A stretch of DNA of 64,000 nt from a virus (Duplodnaviria; Caudoviricetes). Shown here in pieces: positions 35,440 through 45,675 of the stretch. The position numbers and the translations under genes are program-made. The stretch covers positions 29,521 through 93,520 of IMG/VR virus record IMGVR_UViG_3300020577_005315, one strand, 5' to 3'. Each line of letters opens with the position of its first letter. The first letter of the stretch is position 1. The notes under the pieces were generated by a model, which saw only the letters and a program-made list of their open reading frames with translations, searched no databases and was not told where the DNA came from.

Positions 35440-36285
35440 ATGTCAACCGACCGAGTCGTGAAGATCGACCCGTCAAAGTTCCCTGACGGCTGGATTAGGG
35501 TCCCATTTCGCATTACGCCGATTCTGAGACAGCCTGGAGCCATATCTCGAACTTCCCGCCTCTTGACGGCGTTCGCCTTTCCTAGGCCCGTTTATTCGCA
35601 AATCCTGCCGTGGTCGAAATTGAGCCTGGACGAGAAATGGGTTGCGGCTGCCTCGGTATGGTCTGGAATCCTGGAATCGCTCCTATCGTTCCCGGATTGC
35701 ACCGAGTCTCGACCAGATCTGAACTTCAAGAAATGGCGATCTTTAGTCAAACGGATGGCGCTGTGTACACCGCCGGGTTACGAGTTTACTTCCCCAGACG
35801 TAACACTCCCGTTCGCCTGCCACGTCGCCGTATGCCCGTTCTGTTACGCTAGGCGCGTCTCTGAGCTCGTAAAAGACGTAAATAGGGTTCTGACCCAGGC
35901 CCCACCCAGAAAACTCCTCTACGCGTATTTAATCGCAAATAAGGGGTCACGGCAAAATACAATCAATTTATTGCGACGCCTCAAACCGACTGGTGCCGTC
36001 GGGGTGTTCACTCCGAGATCCGTCGATGAGGACGAGTGGTACTCACGTATCGTAGGGTTGACTTTCGACCACAAGCAGGTAGCATCTGATGAGTCGACTC
36101 GACTCAGACACCGATACGACGTCAGCGACTTCCTGGTCCGTAAGCTCCTCTACCCGCGCATCTGGTCGTCGCGGAACCAGGTCAGGTACGTCGCAGGAGC
36201 TCTTCATACGTTCTGTAACCACAAGAATTTAAGGACGATCGCTACTTACGGCATGGCCCGTCAGTCGTCGTCTGAGGGAGGATGA
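35440..36285 (+). CDS. hypothetical protein with CxxxxCPxC zinc-binding motif
   Basis: 281 aa; FACHVAVCPFCYARR; SD GAGG. Confidence 0.6.
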   Translation: MSTDRVVKIDPSKFPDGWIRVPFRITPILRQPGAISRTSRLLTAFAFPRPVYSQILPWSKLSLDEKWVAAASVWSGILESLLSFPDCTESRPDLNFKKWRSLVKRMALCTPPGYEFTSPDVTLPFACHVAVCPFCYARRVSELVKDVNRVLTQAPPRKLLYAYLIANKGSRQNTINLLRRLKPTGAVGVFTPRSVDEDEWYSRIVGLTFDHKQVASDESTRLRHRYDVSDFLVRKLLYPRIWSSRNQVRYVAGALHTFCNHKNLRTIATYGMARQSSSEGG

Positions 36286-37806
36286 ATGAAGAAGCCTTAC
36301 GTGTGGGTGATCGGGGACCTGATGCTCGACGTCGAGGTCCGGTCCGAGCGGTTCAGGCGGACGCCGGAGGATGCCGTCGCTCCCGTCCTTCCGTCCGTAC
36401 CCGGTAGTAACGCCGTGACCTATCTGGGCGGCGCTGGCAACTTGGCGGCTAATCTGGCGACTCTGGGCTGTCGCGTCGACCTGTTTAGCCAGTTCGACCC
36501 AGACAAACTGCCTGAGGACTGCGCGCCGAGCGACTTTCCGTCCGTCGACGGCCTGACCCTTCCGTGGGTACCCACCAAGACCGCCCCGCTTACAGTTAAG
36601 CGACGGTACTACGAGGGTGACCGCCTGGTCGCCCGCGTCGACTCGGATTACCAAGCGTCGCCGATCACCGTCGCCTCGTTACGCGAGACGGGTTATCTTC
36701 AGAGTGGGGCTCTTCCCGACGCGATCGTCCTCACCGACTACGGCCGCGGTACGATCAGCAAGGCGTCGGCTCAGGGGTGGGCCAAGTTCGCCGAGGACGA
36801 GAAAATCCCGATTTACGCCGATCCTAAGGTGGGTCGTTCGTCGGTCTGGGACAACTGCCGCCTGACCTGTATGGTGTGTAACTGGGACGAGGCTACCGAC
36901 GTGGTCCGCGAGAATCTCACGCGTGGTGCTACCGACGAGTGGGACGACGTGTGGGATAACGACGATCCGAAATCTGACGTCCGCGCCGCTAAGTTCGTCC
37001 AAAACGTGCAGACCGCCTGGGGCCCGTGTCATTCCCTCGTCGTCAAGCGTGGTCAGTACGGGTCTACCTGGCTCAAAGAGGGTGCGAGGGGTCGACCGGT
37101 CGTCGGTCACGTCCCCGCGATTCGCAGACAGGAGGTCATCAACGTCCAGGGCGCCGGGGACACCTACCTGGCTGGTCTGGTGACCGCGATGTGTCGTGGC
37201 GCCAAACTCGAGGAGGCGTGCGTCTACGGCTCAGCAGCCGCTGGCGTCGCCGTGTCGCACAAGGGCACGTACGCCGTCAAGCGTGAGGAGGTCCTCGACC
37301 TGATCCGCGCCCATTACGCCGACAGGGACGAGCGACGCGTCGTGCCGATCGGTAAGGCGATCGAGACGGCCAACCGCATGCGAGCTTTCGGGTTCAAGAT
37401 CGGGTACACCAACGGGTGTTTCGACGGCCGCCTACACGCCGGCCACCGACACACCTTGCGGGAAGCCAAGGCGCACTGCGACTATCTGTTCGTCGGCGTT
37501 GACTCCGACGCCCGGGTGCGTAAACTGAAGGGGCCCGACCGGCCTCTGGTGGACGAGGTCGAGCGAGCCCGGTCGGTCGACAGCCTTCACTTCGTCGACT
37601 CCGTGTTCGTCTTCAACAGCGACCCCGCTGACGTCGTCAACGCGATCAAGCCTGATGTTTTGGTCAAGGGCGGCGATTACGCGCCCGAGACCGTCCCGGA
37701 GGCCGAGGCGCTCAAGGCTTGGGGTGGTAGACTGCACATCGTGCCGTCGGTGGACGCAGAGCGTACGTCCGCGTTCGTTAACAGGGTCCGGGGGTTGAAT
37801 GGCTAA
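36286..37806 (+). CDS. hldE: bifunctional HldE-like sugar kinase / nucleotidyltransferase
   Basis: PfkB domain VIGDLMLD, GGAGNLAANL, DYGRG, DPK, GAGDTY; cytidylyltransferase-like TNGCFDGRLHAGH, LKGPDRP, KPDVLVKGGDY. Confidence 0.88.
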   Translation: MKKPYVWVIGDLMLDVEVRSERFRRTPEDAVAPVLPSVPGSNAVTYLGGAGNLAANLATLGCRVDLFSQFDPDKLPEDCAPSDFPSVDGLTLPWVPTKTAPLTVKRRYYEGDRLVARVDSDYQASPITVASLRETGYLQSGALPDAIVLTDYGRGTISKASAQGWAKFAEDEKIPIYADPKVGRSSVWDNCRLTCMVCNWDEATDVVRENLTRGATDEWDDVWDNDDPKSDVRAAKFVQNVQTAWGPCHSLVVKRGQYGSTWLKEGARGRPVVGHVPAIRRQEVINVQGAGDTYLAGLVTAMCRGAKLEEACVYGSAAAGVAVSHKGTYAVKREEVLDLIRAHYADRDERRVVPIGKAIETANRMRAFGFKIGYTNGCFDGRLHAGHRHTLREAKAHCDYLFVGVDSDARVRKLKGPDRPLVDEVERARSVDSLHFVDSVFVFNSDPADVVNAIKPDVLVKGGDYAPETVPEAEALKAWGGRLHIVPSVDAERTSAFVNRVRGLNG

Positions 37807-38866
37807 GATCGCGTACCTGACCGCCGACTGGCACATCCCTGAGGAGCCTGACGCCGGTGCTTGGTCCGACCTACCGATCGTCGGCGACGCACAGTTCGCT
37901 CTCAGTCAGATCGTGGACCTGTGCGTCGCCGACCGTGTCCCACTCGTCGCGGCCGGCGACATATTCGACGGCCCGGATGTGGCGCCGAAGGCTCTGGGCA
38001 ACCTGTACGCCATCCTGCGTCGCCTCCGTGAGCCGGTGATCTACGTAATCGGCAACCACGACCGCGGACGGAACTGGTTGCTTCCTCTCGGGACTCAGGC
38101 GCTACATGCGACGTCAGACCCGATCATGCTCAAGTCAGGGGTGTCTGTCTCCGGACTGGATTGGGTCGAACCTGCACGGTTTTCCGAGGCCGTGGCTCGA
38201 ATGCCCAAGACCGACGTCGGCATCTACCACCAGACCTGGGCGGAGTGGGCCCCGGGGTCTGGGCGGATACCCTGGTCAGCGCTTCCGCGCCACAGACTCG
38301 CTGTGTGTGGCGACATCCACGTGAGATCCATCGTAGAACCCAACGACGGTCCGGCTATGGCGGTCTCACCCGGACCGTTGACCCCCCAGTCCACCGTTGA
38401 GTTTATCCCGCACTTGACGTACGCTCTTCACGACGACTTTACTGTAACGTCAGTGCAGCTGCGCGGTAGAACGTTCAAACACTTCACAGTAACAGACGAG
38501 CCAACGGCCGACAGGTGCGCCGTCGAGCTGGCCTCTCTCTCACCCGACCCTACGCTTCCGGACCACTTGGCAAAGCCGCTGGTAGCCGTAAGGGTCACGT
38601 GCGCGGTCGACGGTTTCGCCGCTACCATCAAGAAGCTGTCAGTGGATCGTGGTTTCGTCCTCCGGTACAACGACGCCGGCACGTCGCCTAAGACTAAAGT
38701 ACAGGTCAAGGCGTCGGACGTGGGTGATGTGCACCAAGTCATACGCAACTGGAACCACGTCGGCGACGAGGCTAAGAGCCTGGCGCAGGCCCTGTTGGCC
38801 GAGAACTGTGACAAGGCCGCGGTGCTCGAGGCGGCACGCGCGGCGTTCAACACAAAGCAGGTGTAG
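37799..38866 (+). CDS. sbcD: SbcD/Mre11-like metallophosphoesterase nuclease
   Basis: ADWH, AGDIFD, GNHD, HQ, GDIH, SPG motifs. Confidence 0.85.
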   Translation: MAKIAYLTADWHIPEEPDAGAWSDLPIVGDAQFALSQIVDLCVADRVPLVAAGDIFDGPDVAPKALGNLYAILRRLREPVIYVIGNHDRGRNWLLPLGTQALHATSDPIMLKSGVSVSGLDWVEPARFSEAVARMPKTDVGIYHQTWAEWAPGSGRIPWSALPRHRLAVCGDIHVRSIVEPNDGPAMAVSPGPLTPQSTVEFIPHLTYALHDDFTVTSVQLRGRTFKHFTVTDEPTADRCAVELASLSPDPTLPDHLAKPLVAVRVTCAVDGFAATIKKLSVDRGFVLRYNDAGTSPKTKVQVKASDVGDVHQVIRNWNHVGDEAKSLAQALLAENCDKAAVLEAARAAFNTKQV

Positions 38867-38869
38867 GTC

Positions 38870-40927
38870 GTGCGGTTACTGTCAGTCACGCTGCAGGACG
38901 TCGGCGTGTTCAATAACGCGTCGTTCGACTTCGACGGCAACCTGATCGGCATTCTCGGCCCAAACGGGTCAGGGAAGTCCACACTCATGTCGTCACTTCA
39001 CTACGCCGTAACCGGCGATCTCAGCCGCTTGGGTGAGCGAGACGCAGTCGCCAAGAAGCGCAGACACCCCGGTGAGCGGCCGTTCGTCAGACTCTTATTC
39101 CAGCCCGACGCTGCTAACACTGAGCCTGCTACAATCGTCCGTACGCTCCCGGACGGCCCCAAGTCCGCCACCCGACGGTTGACTTACGCCGATCAGTCGT
39201 GGACGAGTCAGGCCGACGTGAACGACCGGTTCGAGCGGTGGACTGGATTACCACTCCGCAGCCTCAGTGACTTCATCTTCGTGGAACAGGGTGAGTTGGC
39301 TCGAGTCGTCACGTCTCCGCCCAGCAGCCGCGCTGTCATATTTCAGCGTTTGTTCGGGCTGATGGAGGCCGAGTCTGCTCGAAAGGCCATAGACGAGCAC
39401 GCGGCTACTCTACCTACCCCGCCGGACCAGACCATAGTTACGGAGACGCGCGTGCGTCTGGTGGAGGCTGAGGCGGCTTACAAGGCGTGTCAGACGGAGT
39501 TCGATGCTTTACCCAGGCAGGACCTTAAGCTGTACGACGAACTAAACGCCACCATCGCTCGGTACGTCTCTCAGCAGACCGCCTTACAAGAGGAGGCGTC
39601 CCTCGTCGCCAAGATCGACCAACTCGGCGAGGCGCTCAAATCGCCGAAACCTAATCTGCCTGACGCGTCGGACGTCGAACGGCTGCGGGCGTACAAGAAG
39701 CAGTGGGCCGAGCACGCCGTCAAGTCGTCAGCGTACGCTCAAAGCTGTACTGCGCTCAGCGAGGCCAACCGCCGACTACGCACCCTGACGGCGGTCTCAG
39801 AGCCCGGAGACGTACCCGTTCCGAGTGGCGAGCTAGTTGAGCTCCGGGGACGTAAGTACGCTTACGAGGTGGTTGCGGGTGTAGACGGCGAGCTCGACGG
39901 CCGGTGCCCGGTGTGTCGTAACGCCCTAACTCCTGACGTCCAGGACAGGGAGACCGCCGCTGACAGGCTGCAGCGGTTGGTTGACTTGGAACGCCAGTTT
40001 AACAAGGCCGTCGTCAACTACAACGAGTCCGTTAAGCGCTACCGCGCGTATACCGCCCAGCGGGATGAATGTGAACGCGTGGTTGACGCGGCGTTCAACA
40101 CTATGACTAGGTTGGGTGCTGAGGTGCCCAATCCGCCCGATCTGTCGTTGAAAGACGTCGAGCTGTTACTACGCAAACACGATCAGGCCGCCCACGCGTG
40201 TAAGGTCAGGGACAACGAGGACGCGGCCAACAGAGACAAAATTAAACAGTTGACGGCTCATCTGGACCACGTTCGAGTCGCACTACGTGACCGTGTGTCT
40301 CAGGAACAGGGTGAGGCTGCGCAGCGTGAGCGGGACGTACTTCGCGAGCAGTCGGCCGTACGCCGAGCCTGTGAAGCCAAACTGACCACGCTCAAGAACT
40401 CGCGCAACGCTCTGAAGACGCTCCTGGACCGGGCCGAACGTCAGGCGTCAGAGTCGGCATACGTTGTCGGCTGGCGGCGGGTGCTCGACGAGACGAAGGC
40501 GATTCTACACAGGGACGCTGCCCCGGCTCAGGCGGCCAAAGCCTGTCTGGAAGATCTTACAGTGGACCTCAACCATCGGCTAGAGTGTCTGGGCGCCAGG
40601 TACAGGATGACGGTTAACCACGCCGGCGACTTGTATGCCCACTACCATGACGGAACCAGTACGACGCGGGTTCACTCGCAGCTGCTCAGCGGCGGGGAGC
40701 AGGCGACGTTGGGCCTCGCCTGGCGTATCGCCCTTCTCGACCGGTACGCCCCCAACGTCGGCATTCTCTGTCTGGACGAGCCGACCAACGGGCTGGATAA
40801 AGAGCGCGTCGTGGCGCTCAAGGCGGCGCTCGAGGCTTGGCGGCCGTACGGCTCCAGTCGGCAGTTCGTCGTCGTCACCCACGACCGCTCCCTGGCAAGT
40901 GTGTTCGACCGTGTAATTCAGCTCTGA
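38870..40927 (+). CDS. sbcC: SbcC/Rad50-like SMC ATPase
   Basis: GPNGSGKS, Q-loop VEQG, zinc hook CPVC, signature LSGGE, LDEPT, VTHD, coiled coil. Confidence 0.9.
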   Translation: MRLLSVTLQDVGVFNNASFDFDGNLIGILGPNGSGKSTLMSSLHYAVTGDLSRLGERDAVAKKRRHPGERPFVRLLFQPDAANTEPATIVRTLPDGPKSATRRLTYADQSWTSQADVNDRFERWTGLPLRSLSDFIFVEQGELARVVTSPPSSRAVIFQRLFGLMEAESARKAIDEHAATLPTPPDQTIVTETRVRLVEAEAAYKACQTEFDALPRQDLKLYDELNATIARYVSQQTALQEEASLVAKIDQLGEALKSPKPNLPDASDVERLRAYKKQWAEHAVKSSAYAQSCTALSEANRRLRTLTAVSEPGDVPVPSGELVELRGRKYAYEVVAGVDGELDGRCPVCRNALTPDVQDRETAADRLQRLVDLERQFNKAVVNYNESVKRYRAYTAQRDECERVVDAAFNTMTRLGAEVPNPPDLSLKDVELLLRKHDQAAHACKVRDNEDAANRDKIKQLTAHLDHVRVALRDRVSQEQGEAAQRERDVLREQSAVRRACEAKLTTLKNSRNALKTLLDRAERQASESAYVVGWRRVLDETKAILHRDAAPAQAAKACLEDLTVDLNHRLECLGARYRMTVNHAGDLYAHYHDGTSTTRVHSQLLSGGEQATLGLAWRIALLDRYAPNVGILCLDEPTNGLDKERVVALKAALEAWRPYGSSRQFVVVTHDRSLASVFDRVIQL

Positions 40928-40946
40928 CCGCCGCGAGGTTATAGAC

Positions 40947-41750
40947 ATGCCGCCGACCCCGACGCCTAACGCCGCTGTCGCGGTGTTGGTGAAATGGAGC
41001 AAGGACGGGAAGGGTGTGGAGGTGCAGACCTCTAAGACCACTACCGTCCGGTACTCAATCGCGCAATTCTGCCAAGACCCCAACATCTTCTCCCCGAACA
41101 TGAGGGTCCACATCCTCTACAAAGAGGGGATGGCTTTGATCGGCTACGTGGCCGACTTGTGGACCCGCGGCGTCATCAAGAAGGTGTACATCGAGTCCGG
41201 GACCGGACAGAGCACCCTACTTGACGCCGTCACGCTGCAGACTATAACGGTTAGTCGGTACGCTACCGTTGAGAGTCTGCGGGCCCACGACGTCTATGTC
41301 GACCTGGCCCCATTCGTCCCGCGACACAACCCTGGGTCGTTCGCCTCGGTCATCGGGATCATCTTCGACCCGCGGTGGTACGTCGACCCAGACTGTCCGA
41401 ACCGCACGGCCCGACTCGAGGCCGCCTTCTCCCTCAACCCTCGGTTCGACGCCGTGCCTCGGACCAAGCGGTCGTTCCTCGAGGGGTGCTGGCGCGGCAA
41501 GGACGGGAATTGCACCGCGGACGCCGACTTCTACGGTCGGATGCACCACACTCTGTTGAGCCTGGGTGTGGCCGAGGGTAAGGCCCGCCGTAAAGTGGCT
41601 CGGCACTTCCTACGCGCGCTCAGCGGCTCTTGGATGGACGCTTACCGGTTGCAGCACTACAAGGGCGGGGATCGGATGTTCGATCCCAAAGCGTTGTTCG
41701 ACGCAACGGCCTTGGCGGCCGTGAGAGGGCGGAGTGGCGACAACCGTTAA
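40947..41750 (+). CDS. hypothetical protein
   Basis: 267 aa ORF, SD GAGGT. Confidence 0.65.
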   Translation: MPPTPTPNAAVAVLVKWSKDGKGVEVQTSKTTTVRYSIAQFCQDPNIFSPNMRVHILYKEGMALIGYVADLWTRGVIKKVYIESGTGQSTLLDAVTLQTITVSRYATVESLRAHDVYVDLAPFVPRHNPGSFASVIGIIFDPRWYVDPDCPNRTARLEAAFSLNPRFDAVPRTKRSFLEGCWRGKDGNCTADADFYGRMHHTLLSLGVAEGKARRKVARHFLRALSGSWMDAYRLQHYKGGDRMFDPKALFDATALAAVRGRSGDNR

Positions 41751-43227
41751 TCTGCGACGCGTGCACCGCGTCGTTTTCGCGTCCGGCGGCAACGGTTTGC
41801 TGCCGGACGACCTTCGCTGTTGGCTCTGCGACCAGCTCACCTTCTTTGAACGCCGGTTTGACTTCGTCAACACGAACTCCAACGGCAACGCCCAACTCGA
41901 ACTGATCGAGCGTAAACTCTACGAAGTCGACCCCAATACCGGCGCGATCGTGTTCGGTCTGGGGATGCTGCCCAGGATTCGCAGCCTGCTGACCCAACTC
42001 GGACACAAGGTCGTATGTCAGGGTGGGACGCTTCGACAACTGCACGCCCGTGAGTACCCGAACGCGGCGTACACCGACTTCGACGGCATGCTTCTGGAGT
42101 ACACGCCGTTCCCCGACCAGGTGACTTGCCTCTCGAAGATACTGGCGTCCGACGGGGGGGTTATTTCGGCGACTACGGGGTACGGCAAGTCGACGATGAT
42201 GCGGATGCTGTGTCGGCTTTACGCCAAGGCCAAGATCCACATCGTGACCAAGGCCAAGACGTTGGCGCTCGAGATCTACCAGGACTTGATCCAGAAGTTC
42301 CCCGACGTCGGCTTCATCGGGAACAACAAGCGGTCGTTCGGCCGGATCACTGTGGTGATGGCGGACAGCATCCATCACGGACAGGGCGACGCCGACATAG
42401 TACTGGCCGACGAGGGACACGAACTCGCCGCCCCCAAGTACACCGGAAAGCTGGGCACCTACACCCGAGCCCGGATGTTCACCTTCTCCGCCTCTCCCAA
42501 GGGTCGCTCTGACAACCGCGACGTTTGCCTGGAGGCTGTCTTCGGCCCTCAGATCCACACGATGTCCTACCAGGAGGCGCAAGCCTTAGGGCGCGTCGTG
42601 CCGATCACCGTGGAGTGGCTGCACGTGGCGGAGGGACCCGGTGTCGACCACCTCCAGTTCCCCACCGCCCGGGAAGAGATCGGTATCTGGCAGAATGAGA
42701 CGCGCAACCGAATAATCGCCGATCGCGCGCGAAAGTTCGGCCCGGACGAGCAGGTCATGATTATGGTCAAGACCATCGACCACGCCGTTCACCTTAAGTC
42801 GTTTTTGCCCGACTACACTCTGGCGTACGCTGGTAATGGTATGGACCCGGCTCGGCTCAAGCGGTACGTCAAACGCGGCCTGCTGAGGCCAGACGAGCCG
42901 CTGATGACTAGTAAGCGGATCAACCAGCTCAGGCAGGATTTCGCCGACCAGAAGATCAAGAAGGTGATAGCCAACTACGTCTGGAGCACCGGCGTGAACT
43001 TCCGGTACCTGACGGGGCTGATTCGGGCCGACGCTGCCGGCAGTACGATCCGTGACACTCAAATCCCCGGACGCGCGTGTCGCCGGGTGGCGGGTGTCAA
43101 AGAGAGCGCGATCCTGGTAGACTGTGCCGACGAGTGGTGTCAGCGGTACTACCAGAAGGCGCTGAACCGGAGGAAGAACTACGAGGAAAAAGGCTGGACT
43201 CAGACATGGTTCAATCAGGAAGCGTAA
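41734..43227 (+). CDS. SF2 DNA helicase (UvsW-like)
   Basis: TTGYGKS, ADEGH, SAS, STGVN, QIPGRACR. Confidence 0.85.
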   Translation: MATTVNLRRVHRVVFASGGNGLLPDDLRCWLCDQLTFFERRFDFVNTNSNGNAQLELIERKLYEVDPNTGAIVFGLGMLPRIRSLLTQLGHKVVCQGGTLRQLHAREYPNAAYTDFDGMLLEYTPFPDQVTCLSKILASDGGVISATTGYGKSTMMRMLCRLYAKAKIHIVTKAKTLALEIYQDLIQKFPDVGFIGNNKRSFGRITVVMADSIHHGQGDADIVLADEGHELAAPKYTGKLGTYTRARMFTFSASPKGRSDNRDVCLEAVFGPQIHTMSYQEAQALGRVVPITVEWLHVAEGPGVDHLQFPTAREEIGIWQNETRNRIIADRARKFGPDEQVMIMVKTIDHAVHLKSFLPDYTLAYAGNGMDPARLKRYVKRGLLRPDEPLMTSKRINQLRQDFADQKIKKVIANYVWSTGVNFRYLTGLIRADAAGSTIRDTQIPGRACRRVAGVKESAILVDCADEWCQRYYQKALNRRKNYEEKGWTQTWFNQEA

Positions 43228-43953
43228 ATGAACCCACCTGACGACTTCGAAACCGAATACCAGGCTTACAACCCGAAGTCTGAACCCAAACGTGGCCGTC
43301 GGCGGACCGAGCGTCCCCAACTGTCCGCCGACGCCGAACTCAGTCGTACGTTGTGGATCAAGGCGGTGAACGAGGCTAACGCCCTACGCACTGGAGTGAC
43401 GTCCAACTGGGCGTCTTGCCCGGTGTACGACGGCGGCCTGGATCCGCGGACCGGCCGCACGTACAAGACGCCGGTGTGGGAGAAGATAGCCGCTGAGGCC
43501 AAGACGTCCGGGTTTCACGTCAAGGAGCTGATCGACACGGTCTTCCGGGGCTGGAACCAAGACATCATGCCCGCCCCGTACGTCGCCATGTCGTCTGACA
43601 ACCTGCGACTGGCGATGGCCGAGCGGACGCAACGCGTTCGACGCCTGACCGATAAACTGAAGAACGATTATACGATCTTCAAGTCTAACTGGTGGGGCGC
43701 TAAACTCAGCATCGCCGACGCCCAGGTGGCCGCGGCTTATGTGCTCAACGACACGGGCTTGTCCCTGTCTCCGTTGTTCCGCTACTGTGTGGCTCTTCTC
43801 AAGAACTTGCCCGAGGTCGCCAAGCGGTGGGAACCGGCCGCCCGGTCTGAGTTCTTCAAGGACGTCCCGACGTACCTGGCACACTGGTCGTCGGTCCTGC
43901 CGGCCGAGATGGTTTCGGAAGGCAAAGCAAGTTTAGCCGGCGCTAAGAAATAG
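43228..43953 (+). CDS. hypothetical protein (replication module)
   Basis: 241 aa ORF between the two helicases. Confidence 0.65.
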   Translation: MNPPDDFETEYQAYNPKSEPKRGRRRTERPQLSADAELSRTLWIKAVNEANALRTGVTSNWASCPVYDGGLDPRTGRTYKTPVWEKIAAEAKTSGFHVKELIDTVFRGWNQDIMPAPYVAMSSDNLRLAMAERTQRVRRLTDKLKNDYTIFKSNWWGAKLSIADAQVAAAYVLNDTGLSLSPLFRYCVALLKNLPEVAKRWEPAARSEFFKDVPTYLAHWSSVLPAEMVSEGKASLAGAKK

Positions 43954-43964
43954 CGGAGAGACAC

Positions 43965-45665
43965 ATGGCTGATCGCACGACCCCAACGGGGGTTGAGGAC
44001 CGTTTTGTCACTACCATCCGCGAGTCGACCAATTCGCGGATGACGGATCACGAAATCAGCTTCATGCTGGCCACCGCGACCCGTATCCCTAGTCTGTTCC
44101 TGGCCGCCAAGTCCCAAATCGAGACTGACCTGTTCGGCCCGCACGAGGCGAACTACGTCCTGTACTGGCGGTCCGTTGTAGCCGCCGCGGCCGTTAACAA
44201 GGGTGGGTTGCCTCAGGACCCTGTCGCAGCGCGTGAGCTGATCGCCCTGAAGGCGTCGGCGGAGGTCAAGTCTGACCAGGGTCGGACGTACTACACGCCA
44301 GCCGTCGAGGACGCCGTCTGCAACCCGGACGACGGCCTGATCGTTCAGGTGTTCAAGCTGCCCGCGGACACCAGCCTGGAGGCGGCTGGGTTCGACCTGC
44401 TCGCCAAGTTCATCACCGAGCGTGAGGCGAACGACCCGTTGCGCCAGGCGTTCGCCGGCATGTCCGCCGGTGAAACGCTGATCGACACGACCGGGATCAT
44501 CAACATCCTGGAGAAGCACCGGGCCAAGATCTCCGGCCTGAAGCGTGACCCAGGATCCGACATCTTCGAGGACCTGGGCGACGAGCTCCCGCCGGGCCCG
44601 AATATCTTCACGACCGGACTGTCGTGTCTGGACGAGCTGATGAACGGCGGTCAGGCGACGCAGGAGTGCTACGTCATGCTGGCGCCCACCGGTGCCGGTA
44701 AGACGGCCATCGGGTGTCAGATCGCGATCGAGGGCGCGATGATCCAGTCGGCCATTGCCGCCGACCAGGGTCCGGACAAGGCTGGCAACTGGTACTACTT
44801 CAGTTGGGAGTTGAATAAGAAGCAAGTCCAGCCGCGCGTCTACGGCTACACGGCCCGCATCCACGCCGACACGTTCAAGGTGGACCACTTCAACCCCAGC
44901 GGCCGACGATTCTCCACCGCCGACGACCCGACCTCGCTGAAGGAGTACGAGTACGACCCGTTCGTGAACTCACCAGGCAACCCAGTCCGCGGCGAGCGTG
45001 AGCGGTACCGCGAGATGATGATGAAGATGTCCGGCTACAACTGCCGGTTCAAGTTCGTCGACTACTCCGGCGAGGAGCACGGCTGCGGCATGGGCGGGCT
45101 CGAGGAGGCGGTGGCGTACGTCCACCGTGAGGCGAGTCGCGGGAAGGTCATCAGCGGCGTCGTCCTCGACTGGGCCGGACACTGCGTGAAGCGTTACTTG
45201 AGCGCGAAAGGTGCGAAGTCGTCCGAAGAGTACTCCATGCTGGACAGCTTCGTGGACCACGCACGGTTTCGCATCGCCGTGCCGATGAACTGTCCCGTGT
45301 GGGTCTTCCACCAGCTGCACGGCGACCACACGGCCTCCAGCAACCCGACGGTCGCCCACCACTCGGCCGCCCGCGGTGCGCGTAACTTCGCCGACGCCGC
45401 AGACTTCGCTATCCAGATGACGAAGTACAACGACGCTACCGGGATGTTGTCGATGAAGGCCACTAAGCACCGCCGGGCTCCTGGTCGTGAGGACCCGGTA
45501 CTCGTCCGGTTCGACGGCCGGTTCGGCGCGTTCCGTACGCCGGACGACTCCTACGTGATCGAGAAGGGTACGGGCAGGATCGTTCCCAAGGACGCGTATG
45601 ATTCTTTCGAAGTCCGTAAGGTCTCGTCGCGACGAGCCGTGGACCCTCGCATCACAATCGACTAA
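43965..45665 (+). CDS. dnaB: replicative DnaB-like helicase
   Basis: FTTGLSCLDELMNGG, APTGAGKT, FSWE, VVLDW, HQL, ADF, KHR motifs. Confidence 0.82.
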   Translation: MADRTTPTGVEDRFVTTIRESTNSRMTDHEISFMLATATRIPSLFLAAKSQIETDLFGPHEANYVLYWRSVVAAAAVNKGGLPQDPVAARELIALKASAEVKSDQGRTYYTPAVEDAVCNPDDGLIVQVFKLPADTSLEAAGFDLLAKFITEREANDPLRQAFAGMSAGETLIDTTGIINILEKHRAKISGLKRDPGSDIFEDLGDELPPGPNIFTTGLSCLDELMNGGQATQECYVMLAPTGAGKTAIGCQIAIEGAMIQSAIAADQGPDKAGNWYYFSWELNKKQVQPRVYGYTARIHADTFKVDHFNPSGRRFSTADDPTSLKEYEYDPFVNSPGNPVRGERERYREMMMKMSGYNCRFKFVDYSGEEHGCGMGGLEEAVAYVHREASRGKVISGVVLDWAGHCVKRYLSAKGAKSSEEYSMLDSFVDHARFRIAVPMNCPVWVFHQLHGDHTASSNPTVAHHSAARGARNFADAADFAIQMTKYNDATGMLSMKATKHRRAPGREDPVLVRFDGRFGAFRTPDDSYVIEKGTGRIVPKDAYDSFEVRKVSSRRAVDPRITID

Positions 45666-45675
45666 CCCAGATGAC

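Noticed and set aside
35204-35486. Poly-Phe / poly-Lys ORFs on both strands
   Set aside because: Translation artefacts of the (TTC)n/(AAG)n dyad in an AT-rich intergenic region.
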